Positions 11,561 through 22,197 of a stretch of DNA of 64,000 bases are shown here, one piece after another. The stretch covers positions 1 to 64,000 of the forward strand of contig JBOFUV010000008.1 in assembly GCA_051652765.1 (NCBI GenBank), given 5' to 3'. A program made the position numbers and the translations under genes. Under the pieces are notes generated by a model. The model searched no databases and was not told where the DNA came from. It worked only from the letters and a program-made list of their open reading frames with translations. Each line of letters starts with the position of its first letter. Position 1 is the stretch's first letter. This DNA is from Microcoleaceae cyanobacterium (GTDB taxonomy: Bacteria > Cyanobacteriota > Cyanobacteriia > Cyanobacteriales > Microcoleaceae).

Positions 11561-12427
11561 ATGCATCAATTAATGATTCAATCCTATTCAACAACCCCGA
11601 CTTTAACGACCCCGGCAACTCCTGCCCCCCTGAAACTCCACTGGGTTACTCTCGTATTCATCGTAGCAATCCATGGGTTAGCCCTGCTTACACCTTGGTT
11701 TTTTTCTGGGTCAGCCTTGGCAGTTACCCTATTTCTACACTGGTTATTCGGCAGTATTGGTATTTGTTTGGGCTATCATCGACTCCTATCCCATCGCAGT
11801 TTACGATTACCCAAATGGCTGGAATACATTGTTGTAACCTTGGGTGCCTTGGCTTTGCAGGGCGGGCCGATTTTTTGGGTTGCAGGACATCGTCTCCACC
11901 ACGCCCATACAGAGGATGAGATTAAAGATCCTTACTCAGCTAATCGCGGGTTTTGGTGGAGTCATATATTGTGGCTGTTTTATCAGAGCCCTCAGTTTTT
12001 CAACTATTCTAACTACAAGGGGTTTGCCCCAGATCTGGATCGAGATCCTTACTACCGCTGGCTGAATCAGTATCACTTACTTCCTCAACTTCTGCTGGGT
12101 TTACTACTCTATGGTTTGGGTGGATGGTCTTTTGTGATCTACGGAATTTTCCTGCGGTCAGTGTTGCTATGGCATAGTACTTGGTTGATTAACTCCGCCA
12201 GTCACCTATGGGGATATCGAACCTTTGCTGCTGATGACAATGCTCGTAACCTCTGGTGGGCTGCCCTTCTAACCTATGGCGAAGGCTGGCACAACAACCA
12301 TCACGCCCATCCTCGGGTGGCACAGGCAGGACGGCGCTGGTGGGAAATAGATATGACTTGGTGGGCGATCCGAAGTCTAGAAATGTTAGGTCTAGCCCAA
12401 AAAGTTGTTAGACCTAGATGTAACTAG
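11561..12427 (+). CDS. Delta-9-type acyl-lipid fatty acid desaturase (DesC-like)
   Basis: Three His boxes HRLLSH, HRLHH and HNNHH; GEGWHNNHH; ATG 11561 preferred. Confidence 0.92.
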   Translation: MHQLMIQSYSTTPTLTTPATPAPLKLHWVTLVFIVAIHGLALLTPWFFSGSALAVTLFLHWLFGSIGICLGYHRLLSHRSLRLPKWLEYIVVTLGALALQGGPIFWVAGHRLHHAHTEDEIKDPYSANRGFWWSHILWLFYQSPQFFNYSNYKGFAPDLDRDPYYRWLNQYHLLPQLLLGLLLYGLGGWSFVIYGIFLRSVLLWHSTWLINSASHLWGYRTFAADDNARNLWWAALLTYGEGWHNNHHAHPRVAQAGRRWWEIDMTWWAIRSLEMLGLAQKVVRPRCN

Positions 12428-12526
12428 GACTTGCACAGCTAAATGAGTTTTGCTCCTCTCTCCCCCTCCAACTTGGGGGAAGATTTAGATGTTAGGTGGT
12501 AAGTGCATGTAAGTGCATAATTCCTA
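12425..12526. mobile_element. Degenerate MITE-like element (TAGGACTT(AC)GCAC-type ends)
   Basis: TAGGACTTGCAC ... GTGCATAATTCCTA imperfect terminal inverted repeats enclosing a TCCCCC..GGGGGA hairpin. Confidence 0.4.
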
Positions 12527-12571
12527 ATCTAACAGCATCTCAACTGATTTTTTCGAGGCTGATTTACAGCG

Positions 12572-12608
12572 GTTTTCAAGTCAGTTTTCAAGTCAGTTTT
12601 CAAGTCAG
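12572..12608. repeat. 12-bp tandem repeat x3 (GTTTTCAAGTCA)
   Basis: Seen directly. Confidence 0.85.
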
Positions 12609-12655
12609 GTTTTGAATTAGTTGTTAAATTGGTTTAAGTCGGTAAGGGATCTAAG

Positions 12656-12691
12656 CCCCTCAAGTCCCCCTTGAAAGAGGAAATTTTAGGG
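12656..12691. repeat. REP-like palindrome (AAGTCCCCCTT..AAG(A/G)GG); related copy at 15446-15476
   Basis: CCCCTCAAGTCCCCCTTGAAAGAGGAAATTTTAGGG versus CTTAAGTCCTCCTTTGTAAGGGGGATTTAAG. Confidence 0.5.
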
Positions 12692-12949
12692 CGATCACAT
12701 CGGATCGCATTTGAATAAAAATAGCTGCAGGTGGGGTGAGATTGATTAGACTAAGCAATTGACGCTTGAAAAGCTTGGGCCATTGACCCAGAGGCGCTTG
12801 TAATGAGAGTTAATTCCAAATTCTCGTGACTTTTCATAAAGATTTGAGTTAGTATTTTAACAATGTCTAAATTCTAATCGCAATATTAGGTTAGGGTCTG
12901 GACTAGGGCTGTCACCAAACTTAATGATGAGAAATCGTCCTACTCTGCC

Positions 12950-13498
12950 ATGTCCTCTTCAAACTCTCGTCCCATCCTTCTAGTAGATGGCTACAACGTT
13001 ATTGGAGCTTGGCCTTTGCTGCAGCAGAGGCGAGACTTAACTGGAATGGAGGAGGCTCGGAGAGGGCTGATTGAATCCCTAATCAACTACAGCGCTTTTG
13101 AGGGATTGGACGCTCGCATTGTTTTTGACGCTCACTACCAGGATACTCCTGGCTTTTGCGAGACCGTTACTGAAAGTTTGTCGGTTTACTATACAGGCTT
13201 TGGTCAGACGGCAGATACCTACATTGAAAAGACCTGCGCTGTTCTGGGCCGTCAATTTAAAGTGTTAAGGCAGCGACTAATTGTAGCGACTTCAGACCGA
13301 GCTCAGCGGCTGACTGTCATTGGCTATGGAGCAGAATGGTTATCCTCTGAACAGCTCGCTGAAGTCGTTGAACTGACGAATCGTCGATGTCAACGTCGCC
13401 ATAAGCCTCGCAAACAGTCTTCTAGTCGATATCTGTTTAATTCCTTGGATGCTGAGTCTCAGAAGCGATTGTCTATGATGCGGATGGGTTTGAAATAA
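12950..13498 (+). CDS. NYN domain RNase (YacP/Rae1-like)
   Basis: LLVDGYNVIG, IVFDA, QTADTYIE, VATSD motifs. Confidence 0.9.
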   Translation: MSSSNSRPILLVDGYNVIGAWPLLQQRRDLTGMEEARRGLIESLINYSAFEGLDARIVFDAHYQDTPGFCETVTESLSVYYTGFGQTADTYIEKTCAVLGRQFKVLRQRLIVATSDRAQRLTVIGYGAEWLSSEQLAEVVELTNRRCQRRHKPRKQSSSRYLFNSLDAESQKRLSMMRMGLK

Positions 13499-14171
13499 GA
13501 GTTCTAGAGTTTGTTCGTTTCAGCTTCCTACAGCTTGCTCTGTCGGCAAGGTTGGTGAACCCAGATCAATAGGTCAACTTTGATTGTGGTTTCAAGTGGA
13601 ACTTGAGCATGAGGAGAGTCTTCCACTAATTGCTTAAGTATGTTTCAGAGAGTGAATAAGTCTGAAATCAAATTTTATTAGTCTTCTCTGATTAGGTTTT
13701 AGTTATCATTGCTAACCCAGATATTTCTACAGCCAGACCCTTCCTAATTTTGATCTTGGGGAGGTAAGAGTTATGAAGAATCCTTGCTACAGATGGCTCT
13801 TGGCTTTTCCATAGATGGATCTCCAAAGTGAAAGTGATGTTTTTTAAGTCGGGATTACTGTATCATGACATTGGAATCACCATGAGCCGATCTATCTGCT
13901 CAGTACTACGCTAATGCACTGACAAAAAAGTCCCCCAATCTTAGCAAATTAGGGGATCGCATAATAGTTCATAAACTAGTGATGTTAGCACTGTTTTTTG
14001 CATTTGACAATTCTTTGAGTAGTTTTAGATCGAAGTTAAAGCTATTCTTGTGGATTTTGATGAACTAAACCCTCTCAGTCAAGGGCAGGTTTCAGCCTAC
14101 TAACTCACTTAAGAAGTGCGGAGTCAGTGCGGAGCATTGTGTTTCGTATTTTCCAATCGAGGTCAAACTCA

Positions 14172-15407
14172 ATGAGTCAAATTCAAGCAAAGCTGGAAGT
14201 AACTGATACTGCATTTCAGGTTGAAGGTTACGAAAAAATCGAGTACAGCTTGGTCTATGTGGATGATGTCTTTGACATCAAAAATGCTGAGCTTTCTGAT
14301 ATCTATCGTAAGTTTGGACGGTGCTTGATCGTAATTGATACGACTGTCAACCGTCTCTACGCTGAAAGGATTCAAGCCTACTTTGACTATCATGAAATTG
14401 AGCTGACTCTATTTCCGGTTTCCATCCCTGAAACTGCTAAAACGTTGAGAACCTTTGAAACCATCATTGATGCGTTTGCAGAGTTCGGCTTAGTTCGCAA
14501 GGAACCTGTACTGGTGGTTGGCGGCGGTTTAATTACGGATGTGACTGGATTTGCTTGTTCTGCCTATCGTCGCAGTAGCAACTATATTCGGATTCCCACG
14601 ACCTTAATTGGTTTGATTGATGCCAGTGTGGCGATTAAAGTTGCGGTCAATCACAAAAAGTTAAAGAACCGATTAGGGGCTTACCACGCTTCCCAGAAGG
14701 TAATTCTTGACTTTTCTTTCCTCAGAACCCTCCCCATTGCTGAACTTCGGAACGGCATGGCGGAGTTAGTCAAAATTGCGGTTGTAGCTGAGGCTGAGGT
14801 GTTCGAACTGTTGGAAAAATACGGTGAAGACCTGCTGCACAAGCACTTCGGCTTCCTTGACGGCACTCCCGAATTGCAAGAAATTGGTCATCGTCTCAAC
14901 TACAAAGCCATTAAGCGGATGTTGGAATTGGAGGTGCCTAACCTGCATGAACTGGATCTGGATCGGGTGATTGCCTATGGTCACACCTGGAGTCCTACGG
15001 TAGAGCTAACTCCCACCGTTCCGCTTTATCATGGTCATGCGGTCAATATCGACATGGCGTTGTCTGCGACTCTGGCCGCACAGCGAGAGTACATCTCAAC
15101 GGCAGAGCGCGATCGCATTTTGGGCTTGATGAGTCGGTTAGGCTTGTCTCTGGATCATCCGATTTTAGAGATTGAGCTGCTTTGGAAAGCAACAGAATCT
15201 ATCATTCAAACCCGTGATGGCAAGTTGAGAGCGGCTGTGCCTCGACCCATCGGAATGTGTGATTTCATCAACGACCTCACCTACACAGAATTAGAGGAAG
15301 CCTTGGCTGAGCATAAGCGTCTCTGTGCAGACTATCCTCGAGGCGGCGAAGGCGTTGATGCGGTGATTACCGTTGATGATGCCTCTGAATTAGCATTCAG
15401 TCGGTAA
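14172..15407 (+). CDS. mysA: Sedoheptulose 7-phosphate cyclase (demethyl-4-deoxygadusol synthase), MAA biosynthesis
   Basis: [52 protein letters not shown]; first gene of the mys cluster. Confidence 0.95.
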   Translation: MSQIQAKLEVTDTAFQVEGYEKIEYSLVYVDDVFDIKNAELSDIYRKFGRCLIVIDTTVNRLYAERIQAYFDYHEIELTLFPVSIPETAKTLRTFETIIDAFAEFGLVRKEPVLVVGGGLITDVTGFACSAYRRSSNYIRIPTTLIGLIDASVAIKVAVNHKKLKNRLGAYHASQKVILDFSFLRTLPIAELRNGMAELVKIAVVAEAEVFELLEKYGEDLLHKHFGFLDGTPELQEIGHRLNYKAIKRMLELEVPNLHELDLDRVIAYGHTWSPTVELTPTVPLYHGHAVNIDMALSATLAAQREYISTAERDRILGLMSRLGLSLDHPILEIELLWKATESIIQTRDGKLRAAVPRPIGMCDFINDLTYTELEEALAEHKRLCADYPRGGEGVDAVITVDDASELAFSR

Positions 15408-15536
15408 GCAGACTGGCTGGCTCATTTCGTTCGGATTTGCCTTGTCTTAAGTCCTCCTTTGTAAGGGGGATTTAAGGGGCTTGAGCGGACACGGGTTTGT
15501 AGTTCTGCCGACTGTCTGTCTTCTCGGATTTACGTC

Positions 15537-15686
15537 CTAGTGGTTTGTCAAATCAATTTTGTAGGTTAGGGAGTAGCTTGCTTCTACGGAGCAGTACGAA
15601 GTGAAACTAATAACCCTTTAAGAGCCTTGGGTTCCACAAACTCAATACCAAACGACCAACCTACATTTAGGTTGACAAACCACTGG
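15537..15686. mobile_element. MITE-like element (about 150 bp) between mysA and mysB
   Basis: 13-bp perfect TIR AGTGGTTTGTCAA (15539-15551) / TTGACAAACCACT (15672-15684); inner TGTAGGTT / AACCTACA pair. Confidence 0.7.
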
Positions 15687-15735
15687 CCAAGGCTTAGCAA
15701 CGTCTCATTCTTAGATTGAACCAGAAAAGGAAATA

Positions 15736-16566
15736 ATGACTTCTACAATTCATCTGCCACAGGCTCGACCTGTTACCCCGATCGGAATTTTGGCCAAAAA
15801 GTTAGAAGAGGCGGTGCAATGTTTGGAAACAGCCGAAATCCCAGCCGAACTTGCTGATCTGATTCATCAAGCCTTTCAATTGGCAACAGGTTTAGATCCG
15901 TACTTAGAAACTTGCACAACTCCAGAATCAGAAGCCTTAAAATTGCTTGCTCAAAAAACTCGTCAAGAACCCTGGAGTCAACGGTTTTCAGATCAGGAAA
16001 CAGTGCGTCATTTAGAGCAGGAAATGCTTTCAGGTCACATTGAAGGACAAACTCTAAAACTGTTGGTTAAAATGACCCAAGCCAAACGTATTTTAGAGAT
16101 TGGACTATTTACTGGATATTCTGCTTTGGCCATGGCAGAAGCCTTACCAGAGGATGGGGAATTAATTGCTTGTGAAGTGGATGAATATGTAGCAAATTTT
16201 GCTCGTAATTGTTTTGAATCTTCTCCCCACGGCACAAAAATTGTGGTAAAAGTTGCTCCGGCATTAGTCACAATAGTCCAGCTAGCAGAAGCTAGAGAAT
16301 GCTTTGATTTTGTTTTTATTGATGCTGACAAAAAAGAGTATGTCGAGTATTTTAGTCTCTTGCTCAAAAGCAACTTACTAGCACCTAACGCTGTCATTTG
16401 TGTGGACAATACGTTATTTCAAGGTCAAGTTTACCTGTCTTCAGACCAACAAACAGAAAATGGCAAGGCGATCGCCCAATTCAATCAAGTGATTGCAGAA
16501 GATCCACGAGTTGAACAGGTGCTACTGCCTTTGCGAGATGGATTAACCATCATTCGATGTCTATAG
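15736..16566 (+). CDS. mysB: SAM-dependent O-methyltransferase (4-deoxygadusol formation)
   Basis: ARPVTPIGIL, EQEMLSGHIEGQTL, LEIGLFTGYSAL, FIDADK, PLRDGL; cluster context. Confidence 0.95.
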   Translation: MTSTIHLPQARPVTPIGILAKKLEEAVQCLETAEIPAELADLIHQAFQLATGLDPYLETCTTPESEALKLLAQKTRQEPWSQRFSDQETVRHLEQEMLSGHIEGQTLKLLVKMTQAKRILEIGLFTGYSALAMAEALPEDGELIACEVDEYVANFARNCFESSPHGTKIVVKVAPALVTIVQLAEARECFDFVFIDADKKEYVEYFSLLLKSNLLAPNAVICVDNTLFQGQVYLSSDQQTENGKAIAQFNQVIAEDPRVEQVLLPLRDGLTIIRCL

Positions 16567-16588
16567 TAGGAGAAATATAGCAGGAGAA

Positions 16589-17959
16589 ATGATGTCTCAA
16601 ATTCTATTCATCCAATCCAGTCAAGCTTACTCTATAGTTCAGAATATTGGCACACTTGTGCTCTTGACTTTAATTCTTCCTTTCAATCTTATTCTAGTTT
16701 TGATTGCATGGGTAATTCACTCTATTCAACGCCTATTTCAGCATAAACCTGCGAATCCAAATCCTAAAAGAATTTTGATTACAGGTGGAAAAATGACTAA
16801 ATCTTTGCAGCTTGCTCGTTCATTTCATGCAGCAGGCCACATAGTCTTTTTAGTAGAGACTCACAAATATTGGTTGACTGGGCATCGATTTTCTAACGCA
16901 GTGAAAAAGTTCTATTCTGTTACTGAACCCAAGAAAAACGTAGAACAATTCTGTCAAGACTTATTAGAAATTGTTCAGAAGAACAAGATCGATGTTTTTA
17001 TTCCTGTAACCAGTCCTGTCGAGAGTTACTACTGTTCCCTAGCAAAATCATTACTGCTGCCTGACTGTGAGGTAATTCATTTTAATTCTGAGGTTACTCA
17101 GCTTTTAGATCATAAATTTGCCTTCATTCAGAGCGCGAAAGAGTTTGGCTTATCAGTGCCTCAATCTTTCCTGATTACCAACGTTGACCAAGTACTTAAT
17201 TTTGATTTTTCAAAGGATGGTTGTCAATATATTCTAAAAAGCATTCCCTATAATTCAGTGCATCGCTTGAACCTCACTAAACTTCCTTTAAAATCTCATA
17301 CTGAAATGGAGAGTTTTGTCAAGAATTTACCGATCAGTGAAGAGCATCCTTGGATTATGCAGGAGTTTATTGGAGGGCAAGAATATTGCACTCATAGTAC
17401 TGTTCGAAATGGCGTGATTCGACTGCATTGCTGTTCTAGTTCATCTCCTTTTCAAGTGAATTATGATCAGGTTGATAACTCAGAGATTTACAACTGGGTA
17501 AAGACATTTGTGAAGAAATTAGATCTCACAGGTCAGATTTCTTTCGACTTCATTCAAGCTCCAGATGGAACAGTTTACCCTCTAGAATGCAATCCTAGAA
17601 TTCATTCAGCAATTACGATGTTTTATAACCATCCTGAAGTCTCTAAAGCTTATTTGATAGATGCTCAAGATGAAAACGAACAGCCGATTACACCGTTATT
17701 AAACAGCAAGCCAACCTATTGGCTCTATCACGAATTTTGGCGATTAACTGAAGTCAGATCTTGGAAAAAGTTAAAAGCCTGGTTCCAGAAAATTACTCAG
17801 GGAACAGATGCTATTTTTCAAGTTAGCGATCCGATGCCTTTTTTAATGGTACATCACTGGCAAATTCCATTACTTTTATTGGGTAATCTTCGCCGACTGA
17901 AAGGTTGGATTCGGATTGATTTTAATATTGGCAAACTAGTTGAGTTAGGTGGAGATTAA
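16589..17959 (+). CDS. mysC: ATP-grasp ligase (mycosporine-glycine synthase)
   Basis: ITGGKMTKSLQLARSF, QEFIGGQEYCTH, GQISFDFI, ECNPR, C-terminal IDFNIGKLVELGGD. Confidence 0.95.
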   Translation: MMSQILFIQSSQAYSIVQNIGTLVLLTLILPFNLILVLIAWVIHSIQRLFQHKPANPNPKRILITGGKMTKSLQLARSFHAAGHIVFLVETHKYWLTGHRFSNAVKKFYSVTEPKKNVEQFCQDLLEIVQKNKIDVFIPVTSPVESYYCSLAKSLLLPDCEVIHFNSEVTQLLDHKFAFIQSAKEFGLSVPQSFLITNVDQVLNFDFSKDGCQYILKSIPYNSVHRLNLTKLPLKSHTEMESFVKNLPISEEHPWIMQEFIGGQEYCTHSTVRNGVIRLHCCSSSSPFQVNYDQVDNSEIYNWVKTFVKKLDLTGQISFDFIQAPDGTVYPLECNPRIHSAITMFYNHPEVSKAYLIDAQDENEQPITPLLNSKPTYWLYHEFWRLTEVRSWKKLKAWFQKITQGTDAIFQVSDPMPFLMVHHWQIPLLLLGNLRRLKGWIRIDFNIGKLVELGGD

Positions 17960-18066
17960 CGGCCGTTATGCTAGGTGAAACTTTATACTATGTAAAAGCT
18001 GTTCTAATCTAAATTAGAACTCTAAATTGCAAATCTAAATTACGAAAATTGTGTGTATTTTCTTTT

Positions 18067-21000
18067 ATGACTCAATCTGTCTCTTCAACAACGTTATTGC
18101 CGTTAACGCCTATCCAGCAAATTAACTGGTTTTTATATCAAATTTCTCCTGAAGAACTGAATGATAAAGTTGCTCTTGCAATCCAAATTCATTCGCCAAT
18201 AAATCATGAAAAAATCAGAAAAGCTTTTCAAGTTTTAATCAATCGTCATTCTAGTTTACAAACTATCTATCGAGAATATAATGGTCAAGTTATTCAAGAA
18301 ATTTGTTCGGAGAAAAGAGTTGATCTTCAGAAAGTTAGTTGCAATCACTTTAGTCAAATAGAGCTGAGTCAACATCTGCTACAACTGATTAAGCAGCCAT
18401 TTAATTTGGCGCAGGATTCACCTCTCAGAATTCATCTAGTTAACTCTCCTGAACAAGACAGTATTTTACTACTTGCCCTTCATCAACTCTCGGGAGACTG
18501 GGAATCGCTGCTAATTTTAGCCGACGAATTACTAACCCTTTACTACTCTGAGGCTGAAGACCTTGAACAATGTCTTCCAAAACTTCAGGCAAACTACAAA
18601 GATTGGATTCAGCAGCAGCTAGATTATCTTAAGAGCTCACAACTGCCTAAAAGTGAAGATTACTGGAAAAAGCAACTGGCTGGCGATCTTCCTATTTTAA
18701 AACTATCTTCAAATACACCGCTGCCAACCCTTAGAAGTTACATAGGCAAAACTCACACGTTTTCAATTGATGAAAATTTAACGCAGCAACTCCAGCAGCT
18801 AGCCACTCAGCTCGAAGTTGATTTACAGATCCTATTACTAACTGCCTACAAAATTCTTCTCTATCAATATACTGGAGAAAAAGATATTCTAGTAGCCCAG
18901 CTTTTAACCTGTAGAAATAATTTGTCTAAGCTAGTTATTGGCAACTGTACTAATGCAATTGTTCTGCGAGACTCTATTAATGATGACTTGAGTTTTAGTG
19001 ATATTATCACTCAAGTAAGTCAAACCCTAAAGGAAGCGATAAATCACCAAAGTTATCCCTTTTCATTGTTGGTTCAAGGTCTTCAAGTCCCTGGAAATTC
19101 AAGTCACTCCCCCCTTTCTCAGGCTGCATTTACTTACTATGAAATCTCACACTTAAAATATATCTTGAAATTGTTTGAAGGATTAGATAGTCAACAGTCA
19201 CTTTGTCAAAATCAGCCCGAATTTAAATACTTTGAACTATTGCAACGAAAAGTAGAATTTGACTTTAGTCTAGACTGTATTTTTTTAAAAAAAAGCATAT
19301 TAGTCCATTTTAGCTACAACCAGAGTTTGGTCTCAGTTCAAATAGCAATAAGCTTTAGCCAGCACTTTCAAAACTTATTGAGATCTCTTGTTACAAGTCC
19401 TGAGCAATCAGTGAATCAACTCTCCATCTTGGATAAATCGGAAAGAAAACAAGTTTTAATTGAGTGGAATCAAACTGAACGAAACTATGACCTGTCTAAA
19501 ACCTTGCAGGAATGGATTGAGATAAAGGTCGAAAAAGTCCCAGAGTTAACAGCAGTCATTTTTGAAGATCAATCTCTCACTTACAAAGAACTAAATCAAC
19601 GAGCTAATCAACTGGCTCACTACTTAATTAAATTGGGAGTGAAACCTGAAACACTTGTAGGAATTTGTGTGGAACGTTCAGTAGAAATGGTTGTTGGATT
19701 ATTAGGAATTCTGAAGAGCGGCGGAGCTTATATTCCGCTTGATCCAAGCTATCCAATCCAGCGGCTAGCCTTTATGCTGGAAGATACTCAAGTTCCACTA
19801 TTACTTACTCAGAAAAAGTTTGTGGATCAACTTCCTCAACATCAAGCAAAAGTAATTTGTTTGGATATAATCTGGGAAATTCTTGTTCAAGAACCTGATA
19901 TAAATCCTATTCATAAAGCCATTCCAGAAAATTTAGCTTATGTAATTTATACCTCTGGTTCAACTGGAAATCCAAAGGGAGTTATGAACACCCACCGAGG
20001 CGTTTGTAATCGCTTGTTGTGGATGCAGGAAGAATATCAACTAGGTTTAACTGATCGGGTTTTGCAAAAAACACCATTTAGCTTTGATGTTTCAGTTTGG
20101 GAATTTTTCTGGCCGCTAATGACGGGAGCAGCTTTAGTTATTGCAAAGCCAGAGGGCCATCAAGATAGTCATTATCTTGTTGAAATTATTGTCAAATGGC
20201 AGATTACAACCCTACATTTTGTACCTTCAATGCTACAAGTTTTTCTTGAAGAAAACCTATCTCAATGTAAGAGCCTAAAGCGAGTTATTTGCAGTGGAGA
20301 AGCCCTGCCATTTGATTTGCAAACCCGGTTTTTTACTCAACTCAACTGTGAACTCTATAATCTTTATGGCCCTACTGAAGCTGCAATTGACGTTACATTC
20401 TGGCGGTGTCAACCCAATAGTTTGTTTAACATTGTTCCGATTGGTTTCCCTGTGGCCAACACCCAGATTTATATTTTAAATTCGGGCCTACAACCTGTTC
20501 CAGTGGGTGTGCCAGGAGAATTACACATCGGGGGTGTACAGGTCGCACGGGGTTACCTCAATCGACCTCAGCTAACGATAGAAAAATTTGTTCCTAATCC
20601 TTTTACGAAGGGTTCAAATTTCTTGTATAAAACTGGAGATTTAGTTCGATATTTGCCCGATGGAACAATTGAATATTTAAATCGGATTGACTCTCAAGTG
20701 AAGATTCGAGGATTTCGGATTGAACTTGGAGAAATTGAACACCGTCTAACTCAACATTCTCAAATTAGAGAAGCTGTTGTGGCTGTCCGCAATAATCAAT
20801 CAGGCGAAAAGCTGTTAGTTGCCTATGTCGTTCCAACTCAGGAGTTACAAGTTCAAGATTCTGCTCATGATCATTTGGTTACAGAATCACTAAATCCTAA
20901 GCTCTTGCGACAGTTTCTTAAGCAAAAATTGCCAGAATATATGGTTCCATCAGCTTTTATAATTTTAAGCTCACTGCCTCTAACACCGAATGGAAAAGTT

Positions 21001-22137
21001 GATCGTAGAGCATTACCAGAACCAGATTTAACCAATTTTAAGACTGAAGGTCAGTTTATTCCTCCTAAAAATGAAGTTGAGCATCAATTAGTCAAGATTT
21101 GGATGGAGTTGTTAGGGATTAATACGATTGGAGTCAGAGATAACTTCTTTGAGTTGGGAGGACATTCACTACTCGCACTAAAACTTATTGGAAGAATTCA
21201 ACAGGAATTCAATCATCATTTTCCTCTGGCAACATTTTTTACTAATCCTACTATTGAAGACTTATCAACTCTACTCAGAAATCCAATAGAGGTTTTAACA
21301 GAGTCTTTGAGTGACTCGCCTCTCGTTTCTATTCAATCTCAGGGACAAAGAGACCCTTTTTTCTGCATTCATCCTGCTGGGGGCCATGTTCTATGTTACG
21401 CGGGCCTGTCTCATTATTTAGGGAGTGAACAGCCATTCTATGGCTTACAAGCTCAGGGGTTTAATACAGGAGAAACTGTTCTTGAAACTGTTGAAGAGAT
21501 GGCAAGTCTGTATGTGAAAGCCATTCGATCATTTAAACCGGAAGGCCCTTATAAAATAGGAGGTTGGTCATTTGGAGGAGTTGTCGCCTATGAAGTCGCT
21601 CAGCAACTAACTCATCAAGGTCAAGTAGTTAATTTACTCGCAATTTTTGATTCCTATATCCCTATTTTGTTGGATAAAAACAAGAAGATTGACGATTCTT
21701 ACTTGGTAGGGGTTTTATCTCGTGTATTTGGTGGAATGTTTGGACTAGATAACCTAGTAAACCCTGATGAGCTAGAAGGATTAGTTCTTGAAGAAAAGAT
21801 TAATTTTATAATTGAAAAAGCTCGACAAGCTGGAATCTTTCCACCAGAGGTAGAGCAACAGGATAATCGACGAATTCTAGATGTTTTAGTCGGAACTTTA
21901 AGAGCAACATACGCTTATCAACGGCAGCCCTATTCCAGTAAAGTCACAGTTTTTCGAGCGCAGGAAAAGCATGTTATGGCTTCTGATCCTCAGTTGGTCT
22001 GGGTAGAATTATTCTCAGTTCTAGATGCACCAGAAATCGAAGTTGTTAATGTACCTGGAAATCATTACTCTTTCATCCTAGAACCCCACGTTCAAGTTAT
22101 TGCAGAGCGCTTAAAACCTTATTTAAGTGCAATTTAA
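18067..22137 (+). CDS. mysE: NRPS-like enzyme (C-A-T-TE), shinorine synthetase type
   Basis: A domain: YTSGSTGNPKG, NLYGPTE, YKTGDL, QVKIRGFRIELGEIE. T domain: FFELGGHSLL. TE: GGWSFGG. N-terminal about 450 aa is C-domain-like (LHQLSGDWES). Follows mysABC. Confidence 0.9.
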   Translation: MTQSVSSTTLLPLTPIQQINWFLYQISPEELNDKVALAIQIHSPINHEKIRKAFQVLINRHSSLQTIYREYNGQVIQEICSEKRVDLQKVSCNHFSQIELSQHLLQLIKQPFNLAQDSPLRIHLVNSPEQDSILLLALHQLSGDWESLLILADELLTLYYSEAEDLEQCLPKLQANYKDWIQQQLDYLKSSQLPKSEDYWKKQLAGDLPILKLSSNTPLPTLRSYIGKTHTFSIDENLTQQLQQLATQLEVDLQILLLTAYKILLYQYTGEKDILVAQLLTCRNNLSKLVIGNCTNAIVLRDSINDDLSFSDIITQVSQTLKEAINHQSYPFSLLVQGLQVPGNSSHSPLSQAAFTYYEISHLKYILKLFEGLDSQQSLCQNQPEFKYFELLQRKVEFDFSLDCIFLKKSILVHFSYNQSLVSVQIAISFSQHFQNLLRSLVTSPEQSVNQLSILDKSERKQVLIEWNQTERNYDLSKTLQEWIEIKVEKVPELTAVIFEDQSLTYKELNQRANQLAHYLIKLGVKPETLVGICVERSVEMVVGLLGILKSGGAYIPLDPSYPIQRLAFMLEDTQVPLLLTQKKFVDQLPQHQAKVICLDIIWEILVQEPDINPIHKAIPENLAYVIYTSGSTGNPKGVMNTHRGVCNRLLWMQEEYQLGLTDRVLQKTPFSFDVSVWEFFWPLMTGAALVIAKPEGHQDSHYLVEIIVKWQITTLHFVPSMLQVFLEENLSQCKSLKRVICSGEALPFDLQTRFFTQLNCELYNLYGPTEAAIDVTFWRCQPNSLFNIVPIGFPVANTQIYILNSGLQPVPVGVPGELHIGGVQVARGYLNRPQLTIEKFVPNPFTKGSNFLYKTGDLVRYLPDGTIEYLNRIDSQVKIRGFRIELGEIEHRLTQHSQIREAVVAVRNNQSGEKLLVAYVVPTQELQVQDSAHDHLVTESLNPKLLRQFLKQKLPEYMVPSAFIILSSLPLTPNGKVDRRALPEPDLTNFKTEGQFIPPKNEVEHQLVKIWMELLGINTIGVRDNFFELGGHSLLALKLIGRIQQEFNHHFPLATFFTNPTIEDLSTLLRNPIEVLTESLSDSPLVSIQSQGQRDPFFCIHPAGGHVLCYAGLSHYLGSEQPFYGLQAQGFNTGETVLETVEEMASLYVKAIRSFKPEGPYKIGGWSFGGVVAYEVAQQLTHQGQVVNLLAIFDSYIPILLDKNKKIDDSYLVGVLSRVFGGMFGLDNLVNPDELEGLVLEEKINFIIEKARQAGIFPPEVEQQDNRRILDVLVGTLRATYAYQRQPYSSKVTVFRAQEKHVMASDPQLVWVELFSVLDAPEIEVVNVPGNHYSFILEPHVQVIAERLKPYLSAI

Positions 22138-22197
22138 GTACATAAGGAGCAACGCTCTAATGTTCATGATTCAAATGAGGTTGTTACAGAATTGAAT

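Noticed and set aside
13499..14171. ncRNA or riboswitch in the long region upstream of mysA
   Set aside because: Only weak hairpins and no recognisable motif; probably promoter and leader DNA
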